Below the pieces are notes generated by a model, which was not told the origin of the DNA, searched no databases, and was given only the letters and a program-made list of their open reading frames with translations. Positions 1 to 14,800 of a stretch of DNA of 64,000 nucleotides are shown in pieces. The stretch covers positions 1-64,000 of the forward strand of contig JAPEUD010000047.1 of the NCBI GenBank assembly GCA_026026165.1, given 5' to 3'. The position numbers and the translations under genes were made by a program. Position 1 is the first letter of the stretch. Each line of letters starts with the position of its first letter. Origin of the DNA: Sarea resinae. Its lineage: Eukaryota.

Positions 1-37
<37 letters not shown>
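1..37. repeat. poly-C homopolymer at window start
   Basis: 37 consecutive C; may continue beyond the window or be an assembly artefact. Confidence 0.9.
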
Positions 38-623
38 ACCTCTCCACGCGCTGTGCGTGTATCAGGCCATCCATCGTGGGGACAATCCATTAGATGGGGA
101 AGGTTTTCCTTTCCAGTCAACTGCAGCAACACCGTTTCTCGGTGCTCCAATACAGACGGACTACTTTCTTGGCTCATCGATCGCCTTTGCGTGTGCAAGT
201 GGAGCCCAGCTCTCGATCATTCTCTTTCCTCACCAGACCCCGGAGATGGACGGCCTGAAAGAAGAAGCAGATCCCTAATATTGGGTGTTAGGACTCCAGA
301 CACTTTTGCCCTCATGTGTCAGAAGCAGATCTCGGTTCACCGTAAATTGATTGCGTTGGCCTGCCTGACCCTGTCCGCACGCTATGAATCCGTAATCCTT
401 TAGCCCATGCCTTCTCTTTGACATCAGACTCGTCCTTCAATGTGAAGTTGGGGACAGCTCCGTGCGGCCAAAGACCATAAAATCAGCGAACTTGGACTCG
501 CCGAGGCACAGAGGCACAGAGACCCTTACGGGAGGGCTTGTTTTTCTCGGCACCTCATAAAACATCTTAAACACCTTACCTTGCGAGCCAGCCTCACTGT
601 CGGCTCGGCCTAGATCTTCAATC

Positions 624-3600
624 ATGTCACTGCCTCAGACGAGGATCCTGGTCAACGGTACATTCATGGACATCCATCACATCCTAGAAAAGAACCGCCA
701 GAGAGAAGAAGAGGAGGAGAGGAGAAAGCAGCCGGCCATGGGGAGCCCGCTGGCTGATGAACGCCCCAAGATGGGACTTTTGACCAAAACTGTCATTCGA
801 AGTCCTGTCGTGAAGTGGATCATCCCGGCGAGGATCCGGCACAAAGATCAGAACGACGTGATATTTATCGGTGTAAGTCGCTCGACTCTCTCTGGTAACT
901 GTCAGATGCTGGGCTCGGGCTTATCTAGGGCCTTCATCAGGAGAAGCACATTCAGATCAGAGAACTTCTCCCGGAGGGCCACCTCCAGGAAGTAGCTACC
1001 AAGACCGACTTTGGTTCATCGATCCGGTCTGCTCGAGTCTTTGGCACCCCGAGGAAACCTACCGTTTCGTCGGGACTGGATGCGATCATCAAGGCGGAAA
1101 ATCCGGATGTGGACATGGATTCTCCAGATGATTCACCCAAGGTACCGCCACAGATGCTTGTCTTGGCTCTTGCATCCCGAGATCTAGTATTCCTCTTCGC
1201 TTCGAATCGTCTTGAAGGTGGGGTCGACTTCATCACAAGCCGTAAGCCTCTGCCCAGCGGCAGATCTTTTCTTGAGCAGCCTGGCAAGCACTTGGCCATC
1301 GACCCGAGGTCAGCATTACCTTGCCTCAGCACATCCTTGTCCTGTGGACTTGCCTTAAACATCTCCGGAAGGATAAGCGGTATTCTGACGTCTCTTGCCT
1401 AATGCATAGATCACGCGCCCTTGCCCTTGCAGCCTGTGAAGGCAGCTTCTCCCTCTATGCTCTTCGGTCAATGAGTCAACTGACGCAGGGGATGGAACAA
1501 AATGGAGGATTTGACACTCGAGCATTTGATCCTTTGAAAGAGGTACGCTGAGAGACGTTCCCTCTTGAGATGCTTGTACTCTCCGATGCTTGCTTGTCCG
1601 AAGTCCTGGATCACTTGCAATGAGAGGTCTGACTTCGGAACCATGAATGTCTCCTTTACTGGCCGCGCAACGCCGACCAACCAAATCGGAATTTGGAGCT
1701 GAATCATACAGAGCTAACACTGTCCGATTTAGGAGAAACATTTCCAGGTGGATGGTGTCATTCTCAAGATGGAGTTTTTGCATCCGCCAGTCGATGACGA
1801 GCATCATGTCATACTGTTGCTGGTAATCTCCAAGTGAGTTAGCCATCATCATTCGCCCACAAATCTATCGTACACTAAATTCCTCAAAGGGATAGTAGAA
1901 CACGCTTACTGTGCTATGACTGGGACTGTTCTACAAGTTTGCGAACAGTGAAGAAGCTAGGAACAGCTGGCCAGCCCGTGTCTCGATGTGTGTTTTCTTC
2001 CACTGAAATGCAACCGTATCTTGAGAGTGCTAATATCCGCATCCTAGACGAAAAGTTGCCACTACTCTTTATTCCATTGACCATCTCGTCCGCGTTTATG
2101 CTTGTCTGCGAGCACACTATTTCCGTGTACAAGGATATTTTAACGGGAACGGCAAGCCCGAAAACCATACCAATAGGCTCCACCGATGCTCCTCAATATC
2201 CGGGAAGTTCTCGGAGAGGTGGGATGGTCCGTAACATCTTGCTAGCGATTATGCTAACAGGTTGCAGCGCCTCTATGGACGCATTGGGCAAGGCCTGTGC
2301 GGCGGGAAGAGTATTCTTCCAAGCACGACGATCTCTTTATCTGCAGGGAGGATGGTATCGTCCGGTTCCTCGAGATCAGCGATGAAAGCGAAATCATGGT
2401 CAACGCCTCAATGAGAGCGGGTGTACTTTCCTGTAATATCGATACTGCCTTTGCGAGCCTTGATCTTGGGCTCGATCGAGAAGACTTATTGATATCTGGA
2501 GGCGACATGAGCCCAGGCGGTCTTTACATGGTACTTCATCGCATTCTCACGTTTCAAGTGCGCAGTCTTTAACGCAGCCCAGTTCCGTGCCCGGCTGAAT
2601 CCTGACTACATGGAATCCGTATCGAATTGGGCTCCCATTATCGACTTCGCTTCCGTTCCCCTACCTTCAAATGGAGCGGTGGCTTTGGCCAAACAGAAAT
2701 CTGCAACCAAGACGACAACCTCTTCCGGTTCGACTTACGCGTGCACTGGAAGGCTTACCCAGGGCTCAATCTCCGAATTACGCCACGGCATCGAAGCACG
2801 CATCGGCACGAGAGGGGCGCTTGGGGAGGGTTATCAAGGTGTCAACCAAATCTGGTCTTTGCCGGACTCCTCTGGTGAAGGCATATTCGTTCTCCTCTCT
2901 TTTCCTCTACAAAGCCTTGTTCTACATCTAGCATCAGAGGATACGGAAGATTCAGGTCTCGTCGAATACGACGATTCTAATACTGGCCTTGACCTTGGAT
3001 CTAGGACCCTAATATCGGAGACCATATTTGGTAACATGACTATTCAGATAACCGAGCGCTCGATGCGGATTGTCCGCCTTTCCACCGTCGAAGAACAGGT
3101 CAAGTTATCGCGGGAATGCGGTCCTGAAGAGAAGATCTTGGTGGCCGCCGTGGAAGTGTGCATTCCCCTGGTTGTTACTGCATTGCGCCATGATGGTGGA
3201 GTCAGTCTTCGCGTGGCGATGGTCTCGTTTCAGGACGACAAGATTGCTATTCGTGAGATTGGCCAACCGGTCGCACTTCCTTGTGAGCCATCTTGCCTAT
3301 CTATCGCCAACGTCCGAGGCATTGGTATGGTGTTTGTCGGTACAACCGTCGGAACGCTCCAAATCTATCAATTGGATCCTCATTTTGGGTGTATACCTCT
3401 AATTGAACATAACTTAAGCAACGATCCAGCCTCTGAAAACTTTACCATCTGCGAAGATGTCGTTCTATTATCGGACCCGAAAGCAGAGGATGCTCCCGTT
3501 CTATTATGCGGCTTGAGAAATGGCCAACTGCGTGTTTTCACCATCCATCAATCCAAGGAAACAGGTCCGTCTATCCCTTTATCGGCATTGCGTTCTAGCA

Positions 3601-5661
3601 AGACTAATGATGGACTCAAGATAATATCTTGTTGAAGGCAAAAAATTCATTTACGATAGGCGAAACTCCTGTAGCTCTAAGACCCGACCAGGCCAATCCT
3701 AGTGGATTGTTCGCTCTCTGTGGTGCTCAATTGTCCCGGGTGGATTATCGTAATGGAAGTGTATCTGGAATTCAAATTGATCCAATTTGGTGGACAGATT
3801 GTAACGAGGTAATCCCTTCCGTCTTGAACTACCATATGCCAAGGTTTCTCATTTCCACCCAAATATAGCCATCGCTCAGACAGCCATCGATCGCGGCATT
3901 GTGCCGAGTCCCTTACACGCCGAAGGTTGCCTTATCTGGATCTGTGTTGAGCATTGCAGGAACGAGCTTGATTGTAGCAGCACTTGATGAAGTGCCATCA
4001 GCTGTACCTCGCAGACTCATTGTGGGAGGAACCCCCACACGGCTAATCTACTCCTCTTATCTGAATACTCTCATAGTCGCAATTACGCAGATTGAATTGA
4101 GGCGGTCACGCCAGAGCAGCAGCCGGCGACCCGCTAAAGCTAGACGGCTTGTTCGTCCTGTTGTCAAATTCATAGATCCCGAAAAGTAAGGCACTTCCTT
4201 ACAGCCAAGTCCCTATACTGATGCTAGGAAGGGCCTCAATGAAGTCGGAAGCCATGGAAACAGACGAGACTTTCACGGAATCTGATCAAAGCTCGCCAAT
4301 AACGTTTCGGGCAGGAGAACGAATTTTCGCTTTACTGGACTGGCGGTGCAATGATGACGGTCGTACGTATCACACTATCGTCATCGCCACTGGAACTCTT
4401 CGATCTTTTGGGCCCTCAAAAGCAGGGCGAATACTCTTCTACAGTGCTCAGAAAGATTCTCATGGGACTATCACATCTCAAAGAAAATATCGAATTCACT
4501 GCGACGGCCCCGTATACTCAATCTCTCCTTTCGGGCCACGGTGAGTACCTTCATCCTCTGAAACCTTCGACTCCCATGCTTTCATAATTTGAACTCCTCA
4601 ACGCGCATTCTGTTACAGCCAACCGAGCACTCGCTAATCATCGTCAGCTCCCTTGTTTATTGCTCTGATAAGGAATTGGTCCTTGGGAGTTTTAACTTCT
4701 CTGAAAAAAGGTACGCTCGTGGTCAAGGAGTTTCTACTGCGGGTATTATATGCTAACAAACTATTGGCAGATGGTCTCGGGTCTGTCAATGCAGCTTGCG
4801 ATCTCCTGCTGTACATATTTCGGTTGTAGAGCCCTTTGTTTATGCATCTACTGCACAGGACTCTCTTTTGGTCTTCAAGGTAGAGGGAGAGACGATTATT
4901 CCACAGTTTAGGTAAAAGATGGCCATGAGTGAGACTGGGACTTTCGCAAATGCTGACACACTATTCCAGTGATGAAATAGCTCGAGCCGGTCTGCATCAT
5001 CTTGTTTTACCTCAAATGAACGTTACGCTTGCATCCGACAAGGCCTGCTGTGTTGCTGGTCTATGGCAGCCTTCCCGTGAGAGAGAATTCCCATTAAGCA
5101 CTGCATCGTATGCTAAATGATATAGGTCCCCGCAGGCAGCTCTCCGCGCCGACGATCTTTGAAGCGGAGTTGCCCCATTCAATTGCTCGGCTCAGACGTG
5201 GCTCAATCCGGCCTCCGTGGCGATCACTTCCGGATCAATTCCCTGGAGTGCTGGACAATGATATTCTAGGTACCAGCGCAGACGGCTCAGTCTATGAGTT
5301 CACGCTCGTCTCCGAACCTACGTGGCGACTCCTGCGCTTCATTCAAAATATGGCTGTCAGAAACAGCAAAGTTTGCCCGTTTGCCCATTCGAGCCGGACA
5401 AGAAGACATATAGAACCACAGTCCGGGAAACCGCAGTCCTTTCACATCGATGGCGATATTCTTGCCAGGTTACTCAACTTAGGCCAGGACGAGCTACGAC
5501 GGATGCTCGAGCTCGAGCCCAGATCGGAATCCAAATACGTGGACTTCGACTCGTCGGAGGCGCGTTGTGAAAGATTCGCCGAGCTGACGGGTTTGGCACT
5601 CGGGGAGAAGTTTGAAGATCCCGTTGGAGCAGCGATGGATTACATTTCGTATCTTCTTTGA
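624..5661 (+). CDS. Multi-exon Mms1/DDB1/CPSF-A-like beta-propeller protein (fungal 'thermotolerance protein' type)
   Basis: ORF pieces join through GT-AG introns. Motifs seen: 'LLTKTVIRSPVVKWIIPARIRH', 'PGKHLAIDPR-SRALALAACEG', 'NWAPIIDF', 'YACTGRLTQGSISELRHGIEA', 'IDGDILARLL'. These are typical of the MMS1_N/CPSF_A family (recalled, not searched). Confidence 0.75.
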
Positions 5662-6364
5662 AAGGAACATTTCCTCGCATGATCCTGCATTACCTCCGTG
5701 TACCTTACGACTGTACTTTTGATCTGTCTTTTCCTCGAAGATGTTGACCTGTATTATATTGCTGGCGACGATTGTGTACATTGATTGTTGAATGACGTGG
5801 CCTAATGTGACCAACTAATGGCATGCATCAGTGAGAGCATTGACGTTAGCATCCAGATCAGCATTGCGGTCGTAGAGTAGTGGTGAGGCTGTGAGGCTGT
5901 GACGGTGATACTCCGGAGTAAGCGATGGCGTCGCAGTCACTATTGTTCCACTAGCCTCATCCAGAAGCACACCCACCGGCAATCTTCAACCCCACCAAAG
6001 CCCGTCATTTTGCCTTGCTCCAGCATCCGACTACTCTCAAGACTCCCCACGCCACTATGCAACTATCGTCACTTATGCATTCACACTGACCACGGATCGC
6101 GACAAGGCTCCAGATCTCATCATTTCTTCTCTCCTCCTTGGCCTCCCATCCCTTACACCAGAGGCAACACATCGTTCATGATAGCCACTTACTACTGGGG
6201 TGTTTCCATCTTCACTCGCTAAAAGCACCCGACAGTTGGTGCAGGCGATAGGCCCCATTGACGTCGTCCGCACCTTTACTTGGTCTGGCAATCCTTTTTT
6301 TTTCGGATGTCATCAAGCCCATCTTCTCTTGCGAATTACGCTTGATCGAATCTGAGTTGGCGAA

Positions 6365-9300
6365 ATGGCTCCCAAGAAGAAGGGAAACAAGAAGGGTAAT
6401 GATGACTGGGAGAGTGAACTGGGCGAAAGCCCCGACCCTATAGCAGCAGCGACTCAAGAAGCAAAGGATAATGACGACGCAAATACTACCGAACCAAGCG
6501 AGGTTGGTGGGGGCGGTCTTCTGGCAGCTTTGAAGAAGAATAGAGGCAAGAAACAGAAGAAGGGCAAGGTCCTGGAGGACTTTGTCGAGGGTGAAGATGC
6601 GACCGCCAGTCCAAGTGGAGAAGACGGCATGACCGGTTTTCCAGACTTGGCCGCAAAGGCCCCACAAGAAGCAACCATGGATGAAGACGAGTTTGCCCTG
6701 CCAGCAAAGAAGACCAAAGGTGGCAAAGATGGAAAGCAGGCCTCTGAGCCAGCTCGGGATGAGGACGAAGACGAGGCCGGCGGACGAGTGAAGAGCAAGA
6801 AGGAAAAAGAAAAGGAGAAGAAAGAGAGAGAGAAGCAGCGAAAGAAAGAACAGGTACGAGAACGACCTTTATCAGTCCTTTCGGTGGCACGACTAATGTC
6901 AAATCTCAAATATAGGCCGCCAAGAAGAAAACTGCAGCCCCTGCGCCCGCAGCGGCTAAGGCTGAGCCTGCTAAACCTGTGCCAGAAGCTAAGCCGCAGC
7001 TTGCTCCTCCGGCTGAAACAGGAGGCAAGAAGAAGAAACTCAGCCCGGCCTTGGCTGCCCTACAAAAGCAACAAGAGCTGAGACGACAGCAAGAGGAAGA
7101 GCAGGCAAGACTGGCTGCAGAGGAGAAGGCTCGCATCGAAGAGGAGGAACGACTGGCTGCCGAAGAAGAACAGAAGCAGGCGGAGGCCAGGGCTGCGAGG
7201 AAGCAGAAGGAGAAGGAGAAGAAGGAGCAGCTCAAGAAAGAGGGCAAGCTCTTGACCAGGGCACAGAGAGAAGCCCAGCAACGAAATGAGCTCAGGATGA
7301 AGCAAATGCTTGCGGCTGGCGCTCAAGTTGCCGGGCTGGAGGGTGGCGCTGAGAAAAAGAAGCCTGTATATGACAGGAAAAAGAAGGGTTCCAAAAAGTC
7401 AAGTGAGGAGGCGAAGAAGGACGACGATCAAGCGGCAGCAGAGGAACAAAAGCGGAAGGAGGAAGAAGAGAAAGCAAGGCAGGCAGAGGCCGAGGCAGCA
7501 GCTGCAAAAGCGGCCGCTGAAGCCGAAGCCGAAAAGGACAAAGAAGATGACGACGACCTCGAAGATTGGGAAGCGGCGGCCGATGCAGACGACGGTCTCA
7601 AGGATAGCTGGGATGCGCCATCAGATGAAGAACAGGAAAATAAAGGGGTTACGAATGGCAAGGCGGCCAATGGAAGCGCGGCAGCCAAGCTCGTTGACCG
7701 AACGAAAGCAACAAATGGGGCTGCGGCTTCAACCCAGAAGGAGGAAGAAGAGTCATCAGACTCGGAGTCAGATTCAGAAGACTCCTCCGAAGACGAAGTC
7801 AAAACTGCAACGCAGCGTGCTGCTGCGCAGAGGAAGCAAGAAGCTGCCGACCGACGGAAGAAGGCGCATGAAGAAGCATTGGCCGCTCGTTCAAAGGATA
7901 ATCTCCGATCACCTATCTGCTGTATTCTGGGACACGTCGATACCGGCAAAACAAAATTGCTCGACAAAATCCGTCAGACCAATGTGCAGGAGGGTGAAGC
8001 CGGCGGTATCACACAGCAGATTGGAGCTACCTACTTTCCGATTGATGCTTTACAACAGAAGACCCAGGTCGTCAACAAAGACGGGTCTTTTGAATTCAAA
8101 GTTCCTGGATTGTTGGTCATCGATACGCCGGGTCACGAGTCTTTCACGAATCTCCGCTCTCGAGGATCATCGCTCTGTAACATTGCTATCCTGGTTGTCG
8201 ATATCATGCACGGTCTTGAACCACAAACACTCGAGTCGATGAGACTTCTCCGAGACAGAAAGACACCATTCATCGTAGCCCTCAACAAAATCGATCGACT
8301 CTACGGCTGGAGAAAGATTGACAACAACGGGTTCCAGGACAGCTTGGCGATGCAGAATAAGGGTGTCCAGAATGAGTTCCGTGACCGACTCGAAAAGACT
8401 AAATTGGCATTTGCAGAACAGGTAAGTCTTTTCCCTCTACGTTGCCACAGCAGCTTCTCATCTAACAATCACTAGGGATTCAACTCGGAGCTCTACTATG
8501 AAAACAAGTCTCTGGCACGGAATGTGTCCCTGGTCCCAACATCTGCCCACACTGGCGAAGGTATCCCTGATATGCTGAAACTTCTCGTCTCTCTATCCCA
8601 AGAGCGGATGACCAAGCAGCTCATGTACCTTTCAGAAGTGGAGTGTACGGTGCTTGAAGTCAAGGTGATTGAGGGTCTTGGAACAACCATCGATGTCGTC
8701 CTTTCGAATGGTATCCTGCGAGAAGGCGACCGGATCGTGCTCTGCGGCCTGAACGGGGCAATAGCCACAAACATCCGAGCCTTGCTGACACCAGCACCGT
8801 TGAAAGAATTGCGTGTGAAATCCCAATACGTTCATAACAAGGAGGTGAAGGCTTCGTTGGGTGTGAAAATCGCTGCCAATGACCTTGAGCACGCGATCGC
8901 CGGATCCCGGCTTCTGGTCGTGGGTCCAGAGGACGATGAAGAGGATCTGGAAGAGGAAGTCATGTCTGATTTGGAGAACCTCCTCGGCAAGGTCTCCAAG
9001 ACCGGTCGTGGTGTCAGCGTGCAATCATCTACGCTTGGATCCCTGGAGGCCTTGCTCGAATTCTTGCGCGTCTCCAAGATCCCTGTCGCCAACATCTCCA
9101 TCGGGCCCGTCTACAAGCGCGACGTCATGCAAGCCGGCATCATGCTTGAGAAGGCCAAAGAATTCGCTGTGATGCTCTGCTTCGACGTCAAGGTCGACAA
9201 AGAGGCCCAAGCGTACGCGGATGACGTTGGCGTCAAGATTTTCACCGCTGATATCATTTATCATCTGTTCGACGACTTCACCAAGCACATCGCCCAGCTG

Positions 9301-9802
9301 GCCGAGCAGAGGAAGGAAGAGAGTAAGATGCACGCCGTCTTCCCGTGCGTGCTGTCGCCCGTTGCTGTCTTCAACAAGAGAGAACCCATTGTCGTCGGCG
9401 TGGATGTAATCGAAGGCAATCTGCGGCTCCTGACGCCTATTGCGGCGGTCAAGACGAACCCGGTCACGAACCTCAAGGAAATCATTCCCTTGGGCAGAGT
9501 GTAAGTTTATTCTCTATCCGATTTCTGCAATGTGAAACTGACCGGTCCTTTTCAATAGCACCTCTATCGAACGCGACCACAAGCAGATCCCGCTCTGCAA
9601 GAAGGGCCAGCCATCGGTGGCCATCAAGATCGAAGGCTCCAACCAGCCGCTCTACGGCCGCCAGCTCGAAGAGAAGGATACGTTGTATTCGCTCATCTCG
9701 CGCCAGAGCATCGATACGCTCAAGGAGTTCTATCGGGCCGATGTGAGTAATGATGAGTGGCTGCTTATTCGGAAGCTGAAGCCGCTGTTTGATATTCCGT
9801 GA
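6365..9802 (+). CDS. FUN12: Translation initiation factor eIF5B (IF2 family GTPase), 4 exons
   Basis: Charged N-terminus MAPKKKG; G1 '[21 protein letters not shown]', '[14 protein letters not shown]', G3 'DTPGHESF', G4 'NKID'; C-terminus 'KLKPLFDIP'; introns near 6854, 8422 and 9501. Confidence 0.97.
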
Positions 9803-10329
9803 TTGGTCGGACGAGAAGATGAGTTGTTTGGGCTGATTAGTATGGATGGGCCGACGAGTATGGGTGAGCTAATGAGTATGGATGGACTGAAGTGTATGGC
9901 ATGGGAGATGATGGTGACGATGATGGAGGTGGATGCGTCAGTGACTCTACCGATGTTACCAGACGGACATTGAGGATTCGTCTGTAAATGGGAGATGATT
10001 GGAAGCTGGTGTAACGTACAATGGGTAGGGGTAGTTTTCATTTCAAGAGCCAAAAAAAAGTCACGCCGCCATTTCGGCGCGCCCCGTCCCTGATTCTCGT
10101 CCCCATGAGCTGCTGTTCCCCCTTCCCTTCCTACTCTCGTTCTGTGTTCTATGTATTTACCTCCTCTTCCTCCTCCTCGACCTTACCCTCCCTCCCGTAC
10201 TTTCACCCCTTCCCCCGCGCTTCTTACTTCCTCCCGCTTCGGCCCCCGGGGCCCTTGCGAGGGACTCTCCGCATCCTTTTTTCGGTCACACCCGGCATTC
10301 TAAACCGTTCCGTTCATCTGCCTTTTTCG

Positions 10330-11230
10330 TGTCTTTTTACTTGTAGGGCCTCTCTTTTTCTCTTTTTCTCTTTTTCTCTTTTTCTCTTTTTCTCTTTTCT
10401 CCTTTTTGTCTCGTTTGTCTTTCATCTCGTTTGTCTTTCTCTCTTGAACCTTGGTTTTCTATGAAAGGCGTAGGTAGATGAGATGGTGAGAGACAGTGAG
10501 AGAGAGCGGACAGAAAAGTGTCCTGTTATCTTGATCCTGTCTTATCTTGTCTTGTCTTGTCTTGTCTTGTCTTTAACTTGTCTTAAATTTGTCTTGTCTT
10601 AAACTTGTCTAGGTCGTTCTAAAAAGCAGAAACATATATATATATATGCACAAATTCTATCAATCTATCAATTGATCTATTATTAACTCTATATATCTAT
10701 ACTTTTTAGTTTCTATGTTTTCATCCATTATTTGTCTGGGTAGGTATATATATATGTGTGTGTATATGTATAGAGGCAGGTAGGTAGGTAGGTAGGTAGG
10801 TAGGTTATGTGTAGGTAGGTAGGTAGGTAGGTAGGTAGGCAGGTAGGTAGGTATATAAGTAGGTTAGTAGGTAAGTAAAGCAAGTAAGGCAGGTAAGTAA
10901 GGTAGGTAGAGTACCTAGGTAAGACAGAGGCTATCTAGCTATATCCTACCTTATAGAATATGTGTACCCTACCTATCTAGTCTTATCTTCTCTCTCTCTC
11001 TCTCTCTCTCTGTCTATCTCTCTGTCTATCTCTATCTTTACATTATCCTTTGAATCTCGAGAGCATCGACCAAGTTCGACCAAGTTTGGCCAAATGCGAC
11101 CAAGTTCGAACAGATCAGATCAGATCAGATCAGATCATATTGGATGAGCTCAGCTCTATACCGGAGAAAGTGGTAGTGGTAGTGAAAATAGAAGAGGAAG
11201 AGGAAGAGGAAGAGGAAGAGGAAGTAAAAG
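10330..11230. repeat. Compound microsatellite tract between convergent eIF5B and PPR genes
   Basis: (CTTTTT)n, (CTTGT)n, (TA)n, (GGTA)n, (CT)n, (GATCA)n and (GAGGAA)n are directly visible. Confidence 0.9.
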
Positions 11231-11869
11231 TGCAACTAATCGTTGTCTGAAAACTCTGTGTGTGTGTTGGGGGGGAGGCGAGGGGAACGAAAGTGATATA
11301 TTGGATATCTGACGCATTCGACTCGCTGCCCGACGGCCAATTGCTGGACGTCGCATTCGAAGGCCCGTTATTAGCGGAGGTACGTGGTATGTACGTCGGT
11401 CGTATGTGTGCATGTATGTGTGTGTGTATCGACCTTGATAGGTACCTAGTGTTGAGAGATGAGATGGAAGGGTCATATACGAGTGACGAGTGACGAGTGT
11501 GTGTCCTTAGGCAGATGGAGATGGACGGACGGGATCACTGGTGGTGATTATAGTTTACTCACTCAGGAAATGGCATGTAGTCGATATATATTCTACCATA
11601 TTTACCTACGGGACAGGCGCAAACTCGAAGACTGTCTCTGATGCATCTGATGACATACGTCCTCTCAAGCTCTATACAGTAAGACATCTACCGTGCACAC
11701 TCTTTGTACAAACGAACAAGCTCCGGATGAAAAACAGAAATGGCGGGTACGGGAAAATGGGAATGAGGAACATGGGGAAAAGAAAAAGTGCAAGACTGGC
11801 AACGGGGCAGCAAAACGAGTATGACGCGAAACGGATTCTCTCTCCCTCTCTCTCTGTGATCACACTCTA

Positions 11870-14800
11870 TCAATCCCTAGCCAAAACATCCGCCTGTAGA
11901 TCGTCATCAATACGCGGCATGATCTTGACAGCCCTCACGGCGAGCGGGGCGACAGCATTCAAGGTAGCAATGACATGCTCGAACTCGCTGTTCGCGAGAG
12001 CCCGAGAGCGGCACTCCAGGAGAGCGCCGGCGAGATAGACCATCGTCCGGTAATTTGGCGACAGCTTATCAAGATAGGGGGGCGGCACGGACGAGGGGAC
12101 GAAATCGGCTTGGTCGGCCGGGACGTTGAGGTGGAGCGGCTCGCCTGCGCTGGCGGCTGCGTGCGATGACGTCGACGTCGCGGGTGAAGATGAAGCGTAT
12201 TGATTGCTGTCGGGAATTCCGCTCAAGTTGGAATGCCGAAGCGGGGAAAGCGCCCAAGATTTATTGGGAATTTCCTTTAGCAAGGCGGAACCGCGGCCGC
12301 GTCGGAGCTTTCTGACGTGCCAGCCCCTCCACCCGGGCATGAGGGCCTTTTCGCAGACCTGGAAGGCGAGGATGGGGACATTTTTTCGAGCTAGAATCTG
12401 GACGTAGGTATTCCAATTGGTGTTCGTGAGTGCGTAGCCCCTGGCGAGGAGCTCATCAACAACGGAGATGGCCACATTGATCTGGTCGGCTTCGAAGAGT
12501 GATTGGAGATAGTAGTTTAATGGAAGGGCGAGAGCGTAGCGGCGTGCAGGAAGCACATACTGGCCTTGTGATGGCAGTTCAGAGCCCGTGGACTCAGTAA
12601 TGGCAGACGTCGTTCCTGCATTCAAAGGGACGTTTAGCGCTTGACGGTCGGCGGACAATTTTGCTAGGGCCCAACTCCTAGAGACGTCATCGTACCGTCT
12701 CTGACGGAGGTTCGAGATCATGAGAGCGGTAAGAATCTTGATTGATGGTTTGACATCACCGTCTGCACGAAGGTCTCTGACGGCTTTCAAGTACCGCTCG
12801 TAGAGCTGGCCGACTTTGTCAAAGGCGTTGTGATTCTTCGCATAGCAGAACATGAGATATTCAAAGTAGGCACTGGGGTAGGCCTCGTCGATTGGATCCT
12901 TGCTGATGCCTTTGAGCGGCTCATGGGGGGCGACTTCTGACGCGTCACTGTCCTGCAGCATCCTATCCAAAAGCTCCTCGGTTTGCGCAAGAATGTCTCC
13001 ACTTTCGGGAACGGACTCCTGCGCTCGCACAGATCTTTCACGCCGAAAGTTCTTGGTCTCAGCCTGCGCAATCGCTTTGAGTAGGATGACTTGAGTGGCA
13101 AGGGACGGTTTGATTCTCCGTTTCATCATGCGCTTGTGTGCTACAACAACTCGTTCGGGTTGCTGTGTCCTCCAAAAGCCGCCCATGACGATAGCATAGT
13201 GAGAGGCCGTCACCGTGATACCCTCGCGAGGCATGACAACACTGATCAACTTGAAAGCAGACTCTAGCCGATGGCCGTCCATCGCTAGTGTCTGCAAAAC
13301 TGTGCCATAAGTGCCGCCATCAAGGGGAATTTCGGCTTCGCGCATACGCTGGTGAATCCGACTTGTTGCAAATACGTCCCGTCGCAAAGCATAAGCTGTT
13401 AGGAGGGTGTTCCACATTCCAGTCTTTGAACCTTTCAAGTCCGCAGTCAAAGCCAGTTCAGCGTGTTTCTCTGCCTCCTCAAGCTGGTTGTTGTTCGCAT
13501 ACGCCAGAACAAGGGAACCGATCATTGGCGCTGTTTCCTTGATACCCATGGATTTAGCCTGCTCAAGGAGGGCCCGAACGCTCCCAATGTCACCGCGATT
13601 CGCAGATAGCCCCATCAGTGGTCCAAAGGTATATTCATCGGGTTTGATCCCTGCAGCAAGAAGGTCTTTGAAGCAGCGATAGGCGCCCTTGACATCCTCA
13701 ATTCGGGTATAGGCGTGAATGAGGACATTCCAGCAGTCCAGGTTCGGAGTAAGATGGTACTCCTCGGATATTCTCGAGAACTGTTTCGCAGCCTCCTTGA
13801 CTTCTCCGCGGCGGGCGTGAACATAAAGCAGCGGAAAGACATCCTTGATGTTTACCATCCTAAGATTTTCGATTTTGTTTTCCTGATCGCTGATACGAAG
13901 TTGTGAGGACAACTCGGTGAAAAGTTTGTAAACGGTGGCCGCATCGCCCCTGGAAGCCGCATGATTCATTGCAGTCCGAGTCTGATATCCTTGTGCTTCC
14001 CTTGTCCTACGGAACTTGTATCTGTCCCTGGTTCGGAGCGACAAGGCGTCTTCATAGAGGTCCTGAACCAGCGGAGCAGGCTCAAGTCTGCTCTGCAGGT
14101 AGTGATCATATATTTGCGTTGCTAGTTCTCCTTGACCGTTCAAAAGAAGCTTCGACATGATCTTATGATATAGGATGTGGCTCAGAGCGCTGAGCTCTTT
14201 CAGTTCGTCTAGTAGAAGGAATATCTTGTGACGATCGACTCCCATTCCCTGTGTGAGTGATGCTCTCAGTTGGAAAGTCGCTGTGAATTCCTTCCACCTC
14301 CTGATTTCAGATTCATCCTTATCCGGATTGAGTGTTCTCAGTTTGGCTTCTGTGAAGTTTGCGAGTTTCAAGGCTAGATCTGCGAAATGAGGAAGCCTTT
14401 CCACATCAAGCCACGATTGAAGAGCTTCACCATAGCCGTCCTTGCTATACTTCAATAGGTCTTCTCGAAGCCTCATTGCATGGGGCCAATCGCCCTTCTC
14501 GACGGCGGCAGTGAAAAGAGATTCTGTCCAGAAGGGTCCCTTCACTCTTCCCAAAGCTATTCTATTTAGTTCAATAGCTTCGTCCAAGCGGCCCAATTTC
14601 ATAAGGGCTGCAATGGCGAATGTATAGACCGATTTTGAAGGCTTAGCTTCGGGAAGGCTTTCGAACAATTCCACGGATCGTTCAGCGTCCACTAGTCGCG
14701 TCGAAGTTGAAAAGTATTCCAAGAGTTCCGCGACCAGTAATTTATCGGACTGGTTCCTCCACAGCTCGGGGGACTGAACCTTTGTTCGTTTCCGCCGAGC

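Noticed and set aside
53..403. Short ORFs after the poly-C tract
   Set aside because: Non-ATG starts, no motifs and no clear splice support
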